DNA of 64,000 bases from a virus: IMG/VR virus record IMGVR_UViG_3300017971_000283, positions 5,527 through 69,526 of that record. One strand, 5' to 3'. The stretch's first letter is position 1, and each line of letters begins with the position of its first letter. The position numbers and the translations under genes were made by a program. This document shows positions 50,163 through 60,235 of the stretch, piece after piece. Below the pieces are notes generated by a model. It had not been told where the DNA came from. It worked only from the letters and a program-made list of their open reading frames with translations, and did no database searches.

Positions 50163-51089
50163 TCATCTATCCTCACTTAAAAGATAACAAGCATTTATCA
50201 ATCCTGCTTTTTTTGTATATATAAAGCTTTCTGAAAATAAAGATATAATATCTGATACTCTGTTTCTAATACTATTATTATTTTGATTAAGAATAACAAT
50301 ACTCATATATCCAAGTACTGAATACCTTACAGATTCCGCTTCATCTTGAATACTTTTTAATATTAAAGATATCTCTTTCCAAGATTTTTTATAAAGCAAT
50401 GCCTGACAAAGGTCTCTCATTTCTTTTGATTCTGATATTGATAAGTCATTCAAAACATTCCTTACAGCCTTTTCATTCTTCAATTTAATAACTTTATTCA
50501 ATAAAGTTAGAGCCTGTCTTGGTACTCCTTCAGATAATTTAATTATTTTATCAATTGTTTGATTTATTGTTCTTATATTAAAATCAAAATTTTCCTTATC
50601 TATTATTTCTTTCAAAAAATTATCCATATTCTTATCGTTCAAGGGCTTTACTTCCAAAGTAACACATCTATTTTTAATAGTTTTGAGAAGTTTGGATGGG
50701 TCAGTAGTGCAAAGAATAAATCTTGTATTATTTGGTGGCTCTTCCAAAACTTCAAGCATACAATTCTGCCATTCCCTTGTAGCACCCGCAATCTCGTTAA
50801 GTATTATTACTTTCCTTTTTCCAAAAATAGATTTGTATTGAAGTGATTCTATCAAACTTTTTGCAGCATCAATACCTCTTGCATTTGAAAGATTAAGTTC
50901 TTGAATTTCCCCATTTAATTCTTTTGCGATTATCCGGGCAAGTGTAGTTTTCCCACAACCACTTTCACCTTTTAGTAAAATGGTTGATGGAAATTCACTA
51001 TTAAAAAAACCAGTAAGTTCATTTTTCAAATTTTCATTTCCATAAAAATCAGACAAACTATTTGGTCTATATTTTATATTTAGTGACAT
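50163..51089 (-). CDS. Clamp loader, DnaX-like (gamma/tau)
   Basis: KYRP, GESGCGKTTLARI, LEEPP, FILCTTD..K...TI.NRC. Confidence 0.88.
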   Translation of the reverse strand: MSLNIKYRPNSLSDFYGNENLKNELTGFFNSEFPSTILLKGESGCGKTTLARIIAKELNGEIQELNLSNARGIDAAKSLIESLQYKSIFGKRKVIILNEIAGATREWQNCMLEVLEEPPNNTRFILCTTDPSKLLKTIKNRCVTLEVKPLNDKNMDNFLKEIIDKENFDFNIRTINQTIDKIIKLSEGVPRQALTLLNKVIKLKNEKAVRNVLNDLSISESKEMRDLCQALLYKKSWKEISLILKSIQDEAESVRYSVLGYMSIVILNQNNNSIRNRVSDIISLFSESFIYTKKAGLINACYLLSEDR

Positions 51090-51300
51090 TTAATTAACCC
51101 TTTAATAAATCAGTTTTATTTCCATTTTGATTATAAATTAATTCATTTAAATTATTCATTTTAGCAAAAATGATACAACTTCTTATTTCAAGATCATGGA
51201 TATTTTTATCATAATTACTACGATATAATAACTTGCCATTATTAACAATGACCATAAACTTTTTCTCAGGACTTATTAATAATTGAGCCATTTTACCCTC

Positions 51301-52290
51301 CTATTCTGTCAAAGATGCTATATGTTCATGGCAATCAGATATTACATAAACACTCGTCTGATCTTTTGATATCATAACCTTTTTTGATATATTCAAACAA
51401 AATTTAAAAATATCACTTTTTAAAACTACATTTCCTTTCCAAGATACTTTATTTTTTACAACCTCTCTTATATTACCCGACTCACTTTTTGTTTGAATTA
51501 TTAATATTTTCCCTTTTCCTTGAATACTTAATTGATCAAAAAAATCATTATTAAAATCATCCTTACTCTCAAAAAAATCAATCCAATCTTGTTTAAATGC
51601 AGGAATAATAGTTTTTTTATATCCTTCACTACCAAAAAAAGGAGGTATATTTGAATCAAGAATTTTAGAAATAAAAAGAATATTATTACCTCGAAAAACA
51701 ATGTAGTTATCTAAAAACATATACTGGGTATACTTATTTCCTATAATATTTTTTCCAGTTTTTTTAGGAATAAGTATTGGTTTTTTTGTCATTATTTGAT
51801 CAAGACTATATTTTGAAATTCTTACCTCATCACTTGCTATTATCTTATCACGAAAAAGATAAAAAGCTGTCAATCCCTTTAAATCTTTATTGTTTGAAAC
51901 TACTGGTAAGCATTCCTTTAAGCCATCAACAAAATTGCTAGGAATATCTTTCCACTTATTATTTTTAATTTCTTTGAAAAATTCTTGATACTTAAATTCA
52001 ATATCAATAATTTTTAAAGTTGCTTTTCTATTTTTACTTTTGAAAACTATATTATTTTCACCCTGAATAATCTCCAAATCATCCTTTACTTTTGTTTGAA
52101 TGAATTTCAAAAGTAAAATGCCATCAATATATAAAGTTTCTGTTATCGGCAATTCAATCTTATAAAAAGTAAAAAATAAATCATTAAAACCAATAATACC
52201 ATCTTTTTTTAACCCAATAATACTATTGTCTTTATCAATAGTTTTTAAGGATTGAATTGCATTTTCTAATTCAACTTTTTGTATTTTCAT
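51301..52290 (-). CDS. Putative sliding clamp (beta-like)
   Basis: About 330 aa next to the clamp loader, with an IIASD.VRIS motif resembling DnaN ATDxxRL. Confidence 0.6.
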   Translation of the reverse strand: MKIQKVELENAIQSLKTIDKDNSIIGLKKDGIIGFNDLFFTFYKIELPITETLYIDGILLLKFIQTKVKDDLEIIQGENNIVFKSKNRKATLKIIDIEFKYQEFFKEIKNNKWKDIPSNFVDGLKECLPVVSNNKDLKGLTAFYLFRDKIIASDEVRISKYSLDQIMTKKPILIPKKTGKNIIGNKYTQYMFLDNYIVFRGNNILFISKILDSNIPPFFGSEGYKKTIIPAFKQDWIDFFESKDDFNNDFFDQLSIQGKGKILIIQTKSESGNIREVVKNKVSWKGNVVLKSDIFKFCLNISKKVMISKDQTSVYVISDCHEHIASLTE

Positions 52291-52318
52291 AATCATCCCG
52301 GATTTTAAAATGGAGATT

Positions 52319-52382
52319 ATGGGCGGGTAGGAATCGAACCATCAACAGAATATCTTCTGGTTTAACCATAAGAACCGCCCAT
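52319..52382 (-). ncRNA. Miniature tRNA-like element with a collapsed anticodon loop
   Basis: ATGGGCGG/CCGCCCAT stem, D-loop-like TGGTTAA, CAGAA-GATA-TTCTG arm, and T-loop GGTTCGATTCC. Confidence 0.55.
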
Positions 52383-52388
52383 TTTTAA

Positions 52389-52967
52389 TTAATTCTTCAT
52401 CAAACCATTTGTTCTCAATACCTTAAAAACAACCTTAGTATGATACCAGATGTTTTGGAGTGTATTCCTTGCACCTCCAGTCATCTCCTCTAGTTCTTCC
52501 AAAGTAACATCTTCATTTTCGAGAAGTGCATTAACCACTTGAACTCCAATTGGCTTTTTCTTTTCCTTCTTTTCCTTCTTTTCCTTCTTTTCCTTCTTTT
52601 CCTTCTTTTCCTTCTTTTCCTTCTTTTCCTTCTTTTCCTTCTTTTCCTTACCAGGTTTTTTCTTTTTTACTTCTTCCGCTTCTTCAGTTTCAGTTTCAGT
52701 TTCAGTTTCAGTTTCTTCTTTAGATACATATTCAAATTTAGGACAAAATTCTTCTTCTACTTGTCCAAAATAATCTAATACATCTTTTGGCAACTCATCA
52801 GTATCTCCATTAAAATGGATTTCTTGCACTGCAAGACAAAAATCATCATGTAATTTTTTCTTTTTTACTCCTACAGTTTTGATTTTATTTTTAAGTAATC
52901 CTGTTTCATTAATTTGCTTTGCGACATCTTTCAATTCAGACATTTTTAATTCTTCAATATATCCCAT
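52389..52967 (-). CDS. Hypothetical protein with (KEK)n tract and possible C-terminal HTH
   Basis: 9-bp tandem repeat at about 52560-52650 and 6-bp ET repeats. Confidence 0.6.
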   Translation of the reverse strand: MGYIEELKMSELKDVAKQINETGLLKNKIKTVGVKKKKLHDDFCLAVQEIHFNGDTDELPKDVLDYFGQVEEEFCPKFEYVSKEETETETETETEEAEEVKKKKPGKEKKEKKEKKEKKEKKEKKEKKEKKEKKEKKKPIGVQVVNALLENEDVTLEELEEMTGGARNTLQNIWYHTKVVFKVLRTNGLMKN

Positions 52968-53243
52968 TTTTCTTTTCCTTTTTAATCAATGTTGTTATTT
53001 TTTACTTTTTCCTCATTCTCTCTTAAAAAACATAACTTACATTTCTCAGGCAACTCATAATATGCTTTTGCTTCATATCTTTCCCTATTTATTTGATACC
53101 CACAAGTAGCATCTGAACATCTTCTTTGTATTTGGGGTATTCTCAATCTATCACCTCCCTTTTAATTTTCAAGATAATTGGCTCCTTTGTGCTCCCTCTC
53201 GGGGGTGGTTGGTTAATATAGAGTTATCTTTTCTTCTCCTTTA

Positions 53244-54803
53244 TTATTCCTCAAAAGTTTTTAAATCTCTGCTTATATACTCACTATCAATATTCACATA
53301 CGCTGAATCCAAAGCCATGAGTACCATCACTTGATAATTTTTCTTCCCTTTTCCGGATCTGTTAAAAAGATTTGAAATCCGAACAACTCCATCTTCAGAT
53401 TCTTGACGCCCTTGATTTAAGCCAATTTTACGATTAAGATGTGCAGTGATAGATTTACTGCCATCCCAATCTGTTTCTTTTAAATGCATTCTGTTTTGTG
53501 CATCTGCCTTTGCCTGATCACCAGTTATATAACATAAATCATATTCATCCGCAAGTCTTTTTGCCTTTTTCCACGTTATATCTATATTTGACCTTTCATT
53601 TGTTGCTTCAGGTTCCCATCCATGAATACCTAAATAATCATCAACTATTACATCAGGAACAAAATTTTGTTTTTCAAGTATTTCTAAGTCTTTATAAATT
53701 TGATCAAAAGTAATAGTAAAATTTGAGTATTTTTTAAATACCAATTTTCCTTTCCAATTTTTTTGAAAATTCTTTAATTTCTTATTTAATATTTTCTTAT
53801 TCAATATTTTTGGGTTTTTAAGTTTTTTGAACCAATAAGAAGTTTTAAACGCATAATTACCTCTACAAAGGGTACAAGGTTTATATTTCATATCTAGTCT
53901 AAAACTTGGTTTCCTTCCCTTCTTGTCTAAAAGTATTTCTTTATTTTTTCTTATACTTTTTAAACAATCTCCCGACTGATTAAGATCACAATCAAAAACT
54001 GGAACAATAAACAAACCATTGTTATCCTGATAATGCTTATCTAGCATTGTTCCAGTCATTCTTGGATAAAATCTCTCTTTTATTTGGTATTCATCCATTT
54101 CATTTGAATACCAAAGAACTTTCCTATTTGCTTCCAATGCTGCTATCACCGCAGCTTGAAGCATAAAAGATTTTTTTCCTTTTTCAGGTGCAGTAAAAGT
54201 GACTAATTCTTTTCTTTCAAAAGCACCTAAATATTCACCAAGCTTACCATCAAATAGAAAAAGCCCATCTTCTTTTTCTATTTGTTGAAGGAAAAATTTG
54301 TCGACTTCTGATCCATCAAAAAAGTCAATAAACCCTCCTGTTTCAAATTCTACTTTTGGCCTTTCTAATAAAAGTTTTTCAGCCTTATCATATCTTCCAA
54401 GATCGACTAGCTTTTTTCCTTTAGTATATATTTTTTTGAGCCCTTGATTTTTGGCCCACTCTCTTGTTTTATCAATATAAAAACTTGAATTTTCTGAATT
54501 TTTTTCATTTATTGAAAAATCCGATAAATTAAGCAAATAATTTCCAACAATACTTATTTTTTCTTCAGACATTTTTTCTTTCTCAATTGAAAAAATATCT
54601 TGGATTTTTTCTTTAATCGGATTTTTATATTTTAAGTAATATTCTTTTGTCCATTGAAAAATAACTTGTTCAAAATCTTGTTCAAAATATTCCTTTTTTA
54701 AAAAATCAAAAGCGCTTAAACAAAATTCTTGATCGATAATAAGCAGAGAAAGTATTTTTTTTTCAAAAGGTAATTGCTCAATAGTTATTTTTTTAAACGA
54801 CAT
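53244..54803 (-). CDS. Replicative DnaB-like helicase with Cys-rich insertion
   Basis: Variant Walker A APEKGKKS, YSNEM, PDVIVDDYL, GDQ, and an inserted C..C..C..C segment. Confidence 0.75.
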   Translation of the reverse strand: MSFKKITIEQLPFEKKILSLLIIDQEFCLSAFDFLKKEYFEQDFEQVIFQWTKEYYLKYKNPIKEKIQDIFSIEKEKMSEEKISIVGNYLLNLSDFSINEKNSENSSFYIDKTREWAKNQGLKKIYTKGKKLVDLGRYDKAEKLLLERPKVEFETGGFIDFFDGSEVDKFFLQQIEKEDGLFLFDGKLGEYLGAFERKELVTFTAPEKGKKSFMLQAAVIAALEANRKVLWYSNEMDEYQIKERFYPRMTGTMLDKHYQDNNGLFIVPVFDCDLNQSGDCLKSIRKNKEILLDKKGRKPSFRLDMKYKPCTLCRGNYAFKTSYWFKKLKNPKILNKKILNKKLKNFQKNWKGKLVFKKYSNFTITFDQIYKDLEILEKQNFVPDVIVDDYLGIHGWEPEATNERSNIDITWKKAKRLADEYDLCYITGDQAKADAQNRMHLKETDWDGSKSITAHLNRKIGLNQGRQESEDGVVRISNLFNRSGKGKKNYQVMVLMALDSAYVNIDSEYISRDLKTFEE

Positions 54804-55007
54804 TATCATTACTTTCAGTTTTATTATTACCCCTTAACATTTTATCAATATCATCAATAATAGAAAGTAACACTCTATTTGGAAAAATAATTAGCATTGC
54901 TGATAATTTAATATCTTCATCATATTTGTAAGGTCTTTACAAATATTGATTACGTTTTGTTCTGCTTGTTTCACAAAACTTTTATTTTTTTTCATTTCAT
55001 TTTTTCC

Positions 55008-55208
55008 TCAATGAATAGTTAAACAACCAACTTGATAAATTTTTTCACCAACCTTGCAATAAGAAATATTTTTTAAACACCCACATTCTTTTCCTAAAAC
55101 ATTTTCAAAAATTTCATCATGATTTTTTGTATGGGAACAATCATCGCATTTTTCAAACCGATAAGCAAAAATGCATTTTACTTTATTTTTTTCTTCTATT
55201 TTTATCAT
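55008..55208 (-). CDS. Small Cys-rich protein, paralogue of 56726-56914
   Basis: KV.CI..Y.FE.C..C.H.K.H.E.FENVLGK.CGC...S.C.VGE.IY.V.CL.IH shared with the paralogue. Confidence 0.6.
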   Translation of the reverse strand: MIKIEEKNKVKCIFAYRFEKCDDCSHTKNHDEIFENVLGKECGCLKNISYCKVGEKIYQVGCLTIH

Positions 55209-55254
55209 GTTTTGGCCTACTCTTTTTTGTTGTTGATTTCAAAAATGCCCTTAT

Positions 55255-56148
55255 TTAAAACAATTCAGGTCTTAATTCTTTGATTTTAAGAATAGTTAAG
55301 TTAAGTAAAGTTTTAAAATTAATAGTTGGATTTTTCATTTTTTTAACAATATCCCAAATTTCTTCACTTACCAAGTCATGATAAACAGTATTTAGCAACC
55401 TTGGAATATATTTTGAATTCCATCCTTCCATTTCATTAACTATTTTTGAATATACCTTACCAACAAAAAATGAATCAATAAATTTATCAACAATTTCTTG
55501 TTCAATTAAATTTCTAAATTTCTTATCAGTAGGTCCCATTTCTTTCTGATGTTTTTCTTTAAAATTAGTTACAATTTTAGCAAAACATAATCTACCAAAC
55601 TTGTTTTGATAATCATAATTTTTAACAACAATACCCTCGCCTACCCCTGCACCATCACGAATCAAGAATTTGTTGTTTTGAAGTTCTATAAGTAAATTAT
55701 CATAAGTAGAATTTCGTATAATCGACATTGCTGGAATATAATCAATCCCAAATTCTTCCAAAAGCGGTTGGTAATCACTATAATTAAGATATTTGTCTGT
55801 CAAATCACTATAGACATCAAATACATAAAATTTTCGCCAAGCTTCATCTTTATATGTTTTTAGACTATGAGGAACCAACCACTCACCATAAAGACGCAAT
55901 TCAGAGTGTTCGAGAAAAAACATTTTAATATTTTCATTTTTCTCCATAGTAGCAAGAAAACCAGCATTATCATCTTCAAGAGTTAATTCTCTTGTTCTAC
56001 TTCCAGCCATCAACAAACCGCCTATACCCGACCACAAACTTGCATTCGTTCCGTCAATTTTAGGAAAAATGTAACACAATCCTAATTCGATCCCTTCCAC
56101 TTCATCATTCCCAAACCTTTCAAGATGCATATATTTTTTAAAATTCAT
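55255..56148 (-). CDS. RNA ligase (Rnl2-like nucleotidyltransferase)
   Basis: KIDGTN motif I, GSR, LYGEW, FYVFDV, GEGIVVK, AKIV. Confidence 0.85.
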   Translation of the reverse strand: MNFKKYMHLERFGNDEVEGIELGLCYIFPKIDGTNASLWSGIGGLLMAGSRTRELTLEDDNAGFLATMEKNENIKMFFLEHSELRLYGEWLVPHSLKTYKDEAWRKFYVFDVYSDLTDKYLNYSDYQPLLEEFGIDYIPAMSIIRNSTYDNLLIELQNNKFLIRDGAGVGEGIVVKNYDYQNKFGRLCFAKIVTNFKEKHQKEMGPTDKKFRNLIEQEIVDKFIDSFFVGKVYSKIVNEMEGWNSKYIPRLLNTVYHDLVSEEIWDIVKKMKNPTINFKTLLNLTILKIKELRPELF

Positions 56149-56200
56149 TTCTACCCTCCTTCTCTCTATATTTAATTGTCATCATAAATCCTCCATTTTC

Positions 56201-56626
56201 TCATTCCATAACAATTCCCACCTCTTGAAGAATTTTAGTTGTAAAAGAAAGAAGATCGCCAAAACAATAAAAAAATGATAAATGATCTAAAAAACCCTCT
56301 TTTCTATTTTCTCCCAAAACTTCTTGAAAAATTATTTCTGAAATTCTATCATTTGGGAGATCGAAAGTTTTAAAAAGATCTTGTTTAAAACTTTCAAGTA
56401 ATCTTTTTTTATCTTGAGAAAACAAAATAAAATCCTTTTTGTTTTTCTTCAAGGCTTCAAAATAATCCATCCCAACATTTCTTCCACATCTTGAACAAAA
56501 ATTATCACCATGTAAAAAAACTTTATTACATCTTTTACATTCTCTTTTTGGGTCTTTAGGGATTTTTAATTTTGTAGTGTATTTTCCATTTTTAATATCT
56601 TTTTCCATTTCTATCCTCCCTTTCAA
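56201..56626 (-). CDS. Zinc-ribbon protein
   Basis: CKRC...NFCSRCG. Confidence 0.55.
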   Translation of the reverse strand: MKGRIEMEKDIKNGKYTTKLKIPKDPKRECKRCNKVFLHGDNFCSRCGRNVGMDYFEALKKNKKDFILFSQDKKRLLESFKQDLFKTFDLPNDRISEIIFQEVLGENRKEGFLDHLSFFYCFGDLLSFTTKILQEVGIVME

Positions 56627-56725
56627 AAACGCCCTTATTCATGCCAAATTCAAGACTTCTATCTTCAACCTTTTTCCCATGCCTTTTTGAATTCAGAAAA
56701 ATTAGTTAAATAAATTTAAACTTTC

Positions 56726-56914
56726 TCAATGAATAGATAAACAATTCACTATATAAATTCTTTCACCAACAATACATCTTGAACTATTTTCTGAACACCC
56801 ACATTTTTTACCTAAAACATTTTCAAAAACCTCCTCATGAATTTTTGCATGAGGACAAAATTGACAATTTTCAAATTCATAAGACAAAATACATCTTACT
56901 TTTTTATTTCGCAA
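56726..56914 (-). CDS. Small Cys-rich protein, paralogue of 55008-55208
   Basis: High similarity to 55008-55208; flanked by ~40-bp direct repeats. Confidence 0.55.
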   Translation of the reverse strand: MRNKKVRCILSYEFENCQFCPHAKIHEEVFENVLGKKCGCSENSSRCIVGERIYIVNCLSIH

Positions 56915-57007
56915 TTTAATCCTCCCAATTGTTTTTAATTTCGCCCTTATTTATGCCAAATTCGAGACTTCTATCCTTGACCTGTATCTCAGTATAACCA
57001 AAGTTTT

Positions 57008-57077
57008 GAAAATCGATTCTACACCCCAATAAGCTCGATTTTGACCCGGTATCGGAAAGAATCCGATACCGGGTTTT
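57008..57077. repeat. Dispersed repeat copy B with perfect hairpin
   Basis: Reverse complement of 23477-23545; ACCCGGTATCGGA-AAGAA-TCCGATACCGGGT. Confidence 0.9.
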
Positions 57078-57363
57078 AAATTTTCAATCTCCTTCGTTTT
57101 CTTTTTCATTGTAAAAAAGAGACATCAAAAAAAACTTTTTTACAATAGCGGCAATACGAACAAAGGTTGGTAGACCCCGGCAGATTGAGTACCGGTCGAA
57201 AGGATGCCGCTTCATGAATATTTAAAAATAATTCTCGAACATCATATCCCCTTCACTTTCCGTCATTTCCATTGGCTTCTCCTTTTTTGATTGTTTTCAA
57301 AAAATCATTCGTTTTTTGCCCCGATATTTTGAATATATCACGAAAATCAAAAAAGGTTCAAAA

Positions 57364-58848
57364 TTAATTTAAAAAAAGTTGATTTTGTTGTAGATGAGGG
57401 ATGAATCTTGAGTTTTGATGATTGTCAGAAAGGAAGTAATGCAGTTTCATATCAGGTTGTTCCGCTGATTTAAAAAGCTCATCAATTAATTTTGGAATCC
57501 CAAAACGCCCTTTTAAATTTTCGGCCAAATTATCTTCATATTCCTCATAAAATTCTTTTATTTTTTCCCCTATCCTGGCACAAGTGTTTTCGTTATGGGT
57601 TGATTTTAAAGGCTCTATTTGAAATTCATTACAATATTCTTCCCAACATTCCCAAACAATTTCTGAATATCTTGATTTTTTCTTTTTTAAAAAAAGTTTT
57701 TCGATATGTTCTTCCCCTTTCAAAAATTCCTCTAAAAGTGAATTTATTTTACCATATGCATTTTTTATTGTTTTTGTTCTCCCTCTAAAAAAATCCGATT
57801 CAAATTTGATGAAGTTTGAAATCGAAACTTTAAAAACATTTGTTGGAGAAATCTTTGAATCATGTGTTCTCATTGTTTTTTGATAAAGTGTCATTGCATT
57901 CATAATTTCTTCAGAAGAATGTTTTTTCAAAAATGATTTTATTAATTTTCTTGCTTTTGATTCGAGTTTTGTGCCGGTTCTATGTTTTTGAATCACCAAG
58001 CTATTCCAGTGCTCCCAAATAGTTTTGAAATCATCTGGAACATTAATTTCTTTAAAAAAACCTTTGCATTTCTTGTTAAAATTTTTGTTTTGTTCTTCTT
58101 TTCTGATTAATTTAAGTTTTTTAAGTTTCTTTTCTCTTATATCGCGCCCGCACGTTCTAGAATTATTATTATTATTATTATTATTATTTATATAACTAGC
58201 CTTCTTTTTAAAATTATAAGAATACGGAGTATTCTTATAATTATTATAAAAGAAGTTTTTTCTAAACATATTATACTCCGTAGGAGTATAATATTTTAGA
58301 AAAAAGTTATTTAAATCTATGATATTATTATATCTTGATATATTATAATATAAGGCGAAATCATTTTTGGATATAACTTGTTGATTTTGTTCGTTCATTT
58401 TTGGAAAGATTTTTTGATATTTCGATATTTCTAGAGAAGTCGTTTTGGTCGTTACTGTAGGATTTTTTTGGTCGTTGCAGTTGAAATCATTAGGGATATC
58501 ATCTTTGCATAGTAAGTCCGAAAAGTCATTGCTATTGATATTATTAGATATTTTTTCATTATTTATTAAACTTGAAGAATAATATGGAAGAATTTTTGAT
58601 AGTATTAGAAAAATATATGTTTTTGCAGGAAATTTTTCTTGTTTAGTGAATAAAAGTCTGTCTTCAGTAAAAGTTTTTATTATTTGAGATTGTATTTTTG
58701 GTGATAACCCAATTTCCTTTTCAATTTCATTAGGAACAAATAAAATTTTACGACTCTTTAAAATACTTGCTTTTTCAATTATTAGGGACATCCAAAGCCC
58801 TTCATTGACGCCATAATCCTGAATCAATTCTTTAGAAACTGAAAGCAT
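57364..58848 (-). CDS. Putative replication initiator / helicase loader
   Basis: N-terminal wHTH-like V.KELI..YG.NE....S.I...EIGLS, AT-rich low-complexity middle with poly-N, located between primase and helicase. Confidence 0.5.
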   Translation of the reverse strand: MLSVSKELIQDYGVNEGLWMSLIIEKASILKSRKILFVPNEIEKEIGLSPKIQSQIIKTFTEDRLLFTKQEKFPAKTYIFLILSKILPYYSSSLINNEKISNNINSNDFSDLLCKDDIPNDFNCNDQKNPTVTTKTTSLEISKYQKIFPKMNEQNQQVISKNDFALYYNISRYNNIIDLNNFFLKYYTPTEYNMFRKNFFYNNYKNTPYSYNFKKKASYINNNNNNNNNSRTCGRDIREKKLKKLKLIRKEEQNKNFNKKCKGFFKEINVPDDFKTIWEHWNSLVIQKHRTGTKLESKARKLIKSFLKKHSSEEIMNAMTLYQKTMRTHDSKISPTNVFKVSISNFIKFESDFFRGRTKTIKNAYGKINSLLEEFLKGEEHIEKLFLKKKKSRYSEIVWECWEEYCNEFQIEPLKSTHNENTCARIGEKIKEFYEEYEDNLAENLKGRFGIPKLIDELFKSAEQPDMKLHYFLSDNHQNSRFIPHLQQNQLFLN

Positions 58849-58961
58849 ATATACACCTCTTCTTGTATTTAATTAAATTTTTTATAGCCTGATGGAATTC
58901 AATTATGATTCTCTCCCAAAAACCATAATCTATTTCGAACCAAAAAAACAATAGATTTCCA

Positions 58962-59858
58962 TTACTTTTTTAATAAGTACTTAATTTTATTCAAACAATT
59001 TTGGTCTTGTTCTGCCGGATCACCTCTTAAAAGACTTAAAATTTCAACATTAGTAAAATTTCGAATCCTGTTTGCAATATCCTTTGCCTGTTCAATTGCA
59101 TCAGGATCAAGGAGAATATAAACTTTTTTGGGATTATGCTCTAAAAGTAATATCTCTTGATCTGGTGTAAGTTGTTTGCCTGATAAAGCAACTGCCCCAT
59201 CTCCTATGGCCCAAACATCCGTAACACCCTCAACTAACATTATATTTTTACTACAAAATTCAAGGCCATAAAGAACTTGCTTTGGAGTTCTTATACATTT
59301 TTTTTCTGATAGATGGAAATATTTTAGTTTTGGATTTTCTGAAATTGATCTTCCTGAATATGTAATAATTTTCTTTTTATCAAAATATGGGATTATTATT
59401 CTGTGTTTCCAATCTCCAACATTATAAATTTTTGGAGTTGAAAGATTATACTTCCATTGTAAAAAATCTGGGTTGAATTTTCTTTTTTCAAGATATTTTT
59501 TATGTGGTGATGGTAAAAATTTTTCATTTAATGGGGGCATGACGGTATCCCAGGAAATTGAAACCGGCTGGCAAGACCGGGCAGGAGAACCATGACTTTC
59601 TGAGATACCGTCATATTTAGAAGAGGTTTTGATTGCTTCTCTTTTCGAAACAGAAAGAAGATCCACAATCAATGAAATCATATTACCACGTTCGCCGCAC
59701 TTTAGGCAATAAAAAACTCCATTATTTTTTTTGATCGCCAAATGATTAGATTTATCATTACAATATATGCATTTTATCCCAATATTACCCTTACCGATAT
59801 TCTTCCCTTTTGTTTTAAATTCAATATCATGATCAAATAAAAAATCCTCTATTCTCAT
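58962..59858 (-). CDS. DNA primase (zinc finger + TOPRIM)
   Basis: CIYC...H...CLKCG, YLEKR, RIIIP, GRS, VEGVTDV, LLDPDA. Confidence 0.9.
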   Translation of the reverse strand: MRIEDFLFDHDIEFKTKGKNIGKGNIGIKCIYCNDKSNHLAIKKNNGVFYCLKCGERGNMISLIVDLLSVSKREAIKTSSKYDGISESHGSPARSCQPVSISWDTVMPPLNEKFLPSPHKKYLEKRKFNPDFLQWKYNLSTPKIYNVGDWKHRIIIPYFDKKKIITYSGRSISENPKLKYFHLSEKKCIRTPKQVLYGLEFCSKNIMLVEGVTDVWAIGDGAVALSGKQLTPDQEILLLEHNPKKVYILLDPDAIEQAKDIANRIRNFTNVEILSLLRGDPAEQDQNCLNKIKYLLKK

Positions 59859-59924
59859 ATATCATACCCCCATTTTTATTTTAAGTTATCTAAATTGATT
59901 ATATCATAAAATGTAAAAATAGGA

Positions 59925-60146
59925 TCATATAAAATAAAAAAGCCCTTCTGAATTCAATCCAGAAGGGCTTTTAATTACTTTATTCTTTCTATCATAGGCC
60001 AATGTTCCGTGCCTTATAAAATGCCTTCCATGTGGGCAAGTGAATTCGTTATACGTCATAAGTTCGCATTCTTTTTCCATTTCTGGAAGGTTCATAAACC
60101 AAACCTTTCCTTGACTTCCTTGCCAAAACTCCGCTTTAAATTTCAT
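59925..60146 (-). CDS. Hypothetical protein
   Basis: 73 aa with AGGAG SD. Confidence 0.5.
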   Translation of the reverse strand: MKFKAEFWQGSQGKVWFMNLPEMEKECELMTYNEFTCPHGRHFIRHGTLAYDRKNKVIKSPSGLNSEGLFYFI

Positions 60147-60235
60147 TTTAATTCTCCTTTTTTAAAATCAAAAGATAGTTGTTTTATTACTTCCGGAATT
60201 TCAACATCTTTTACTGCCTCAAATCTTTCGTAAAT

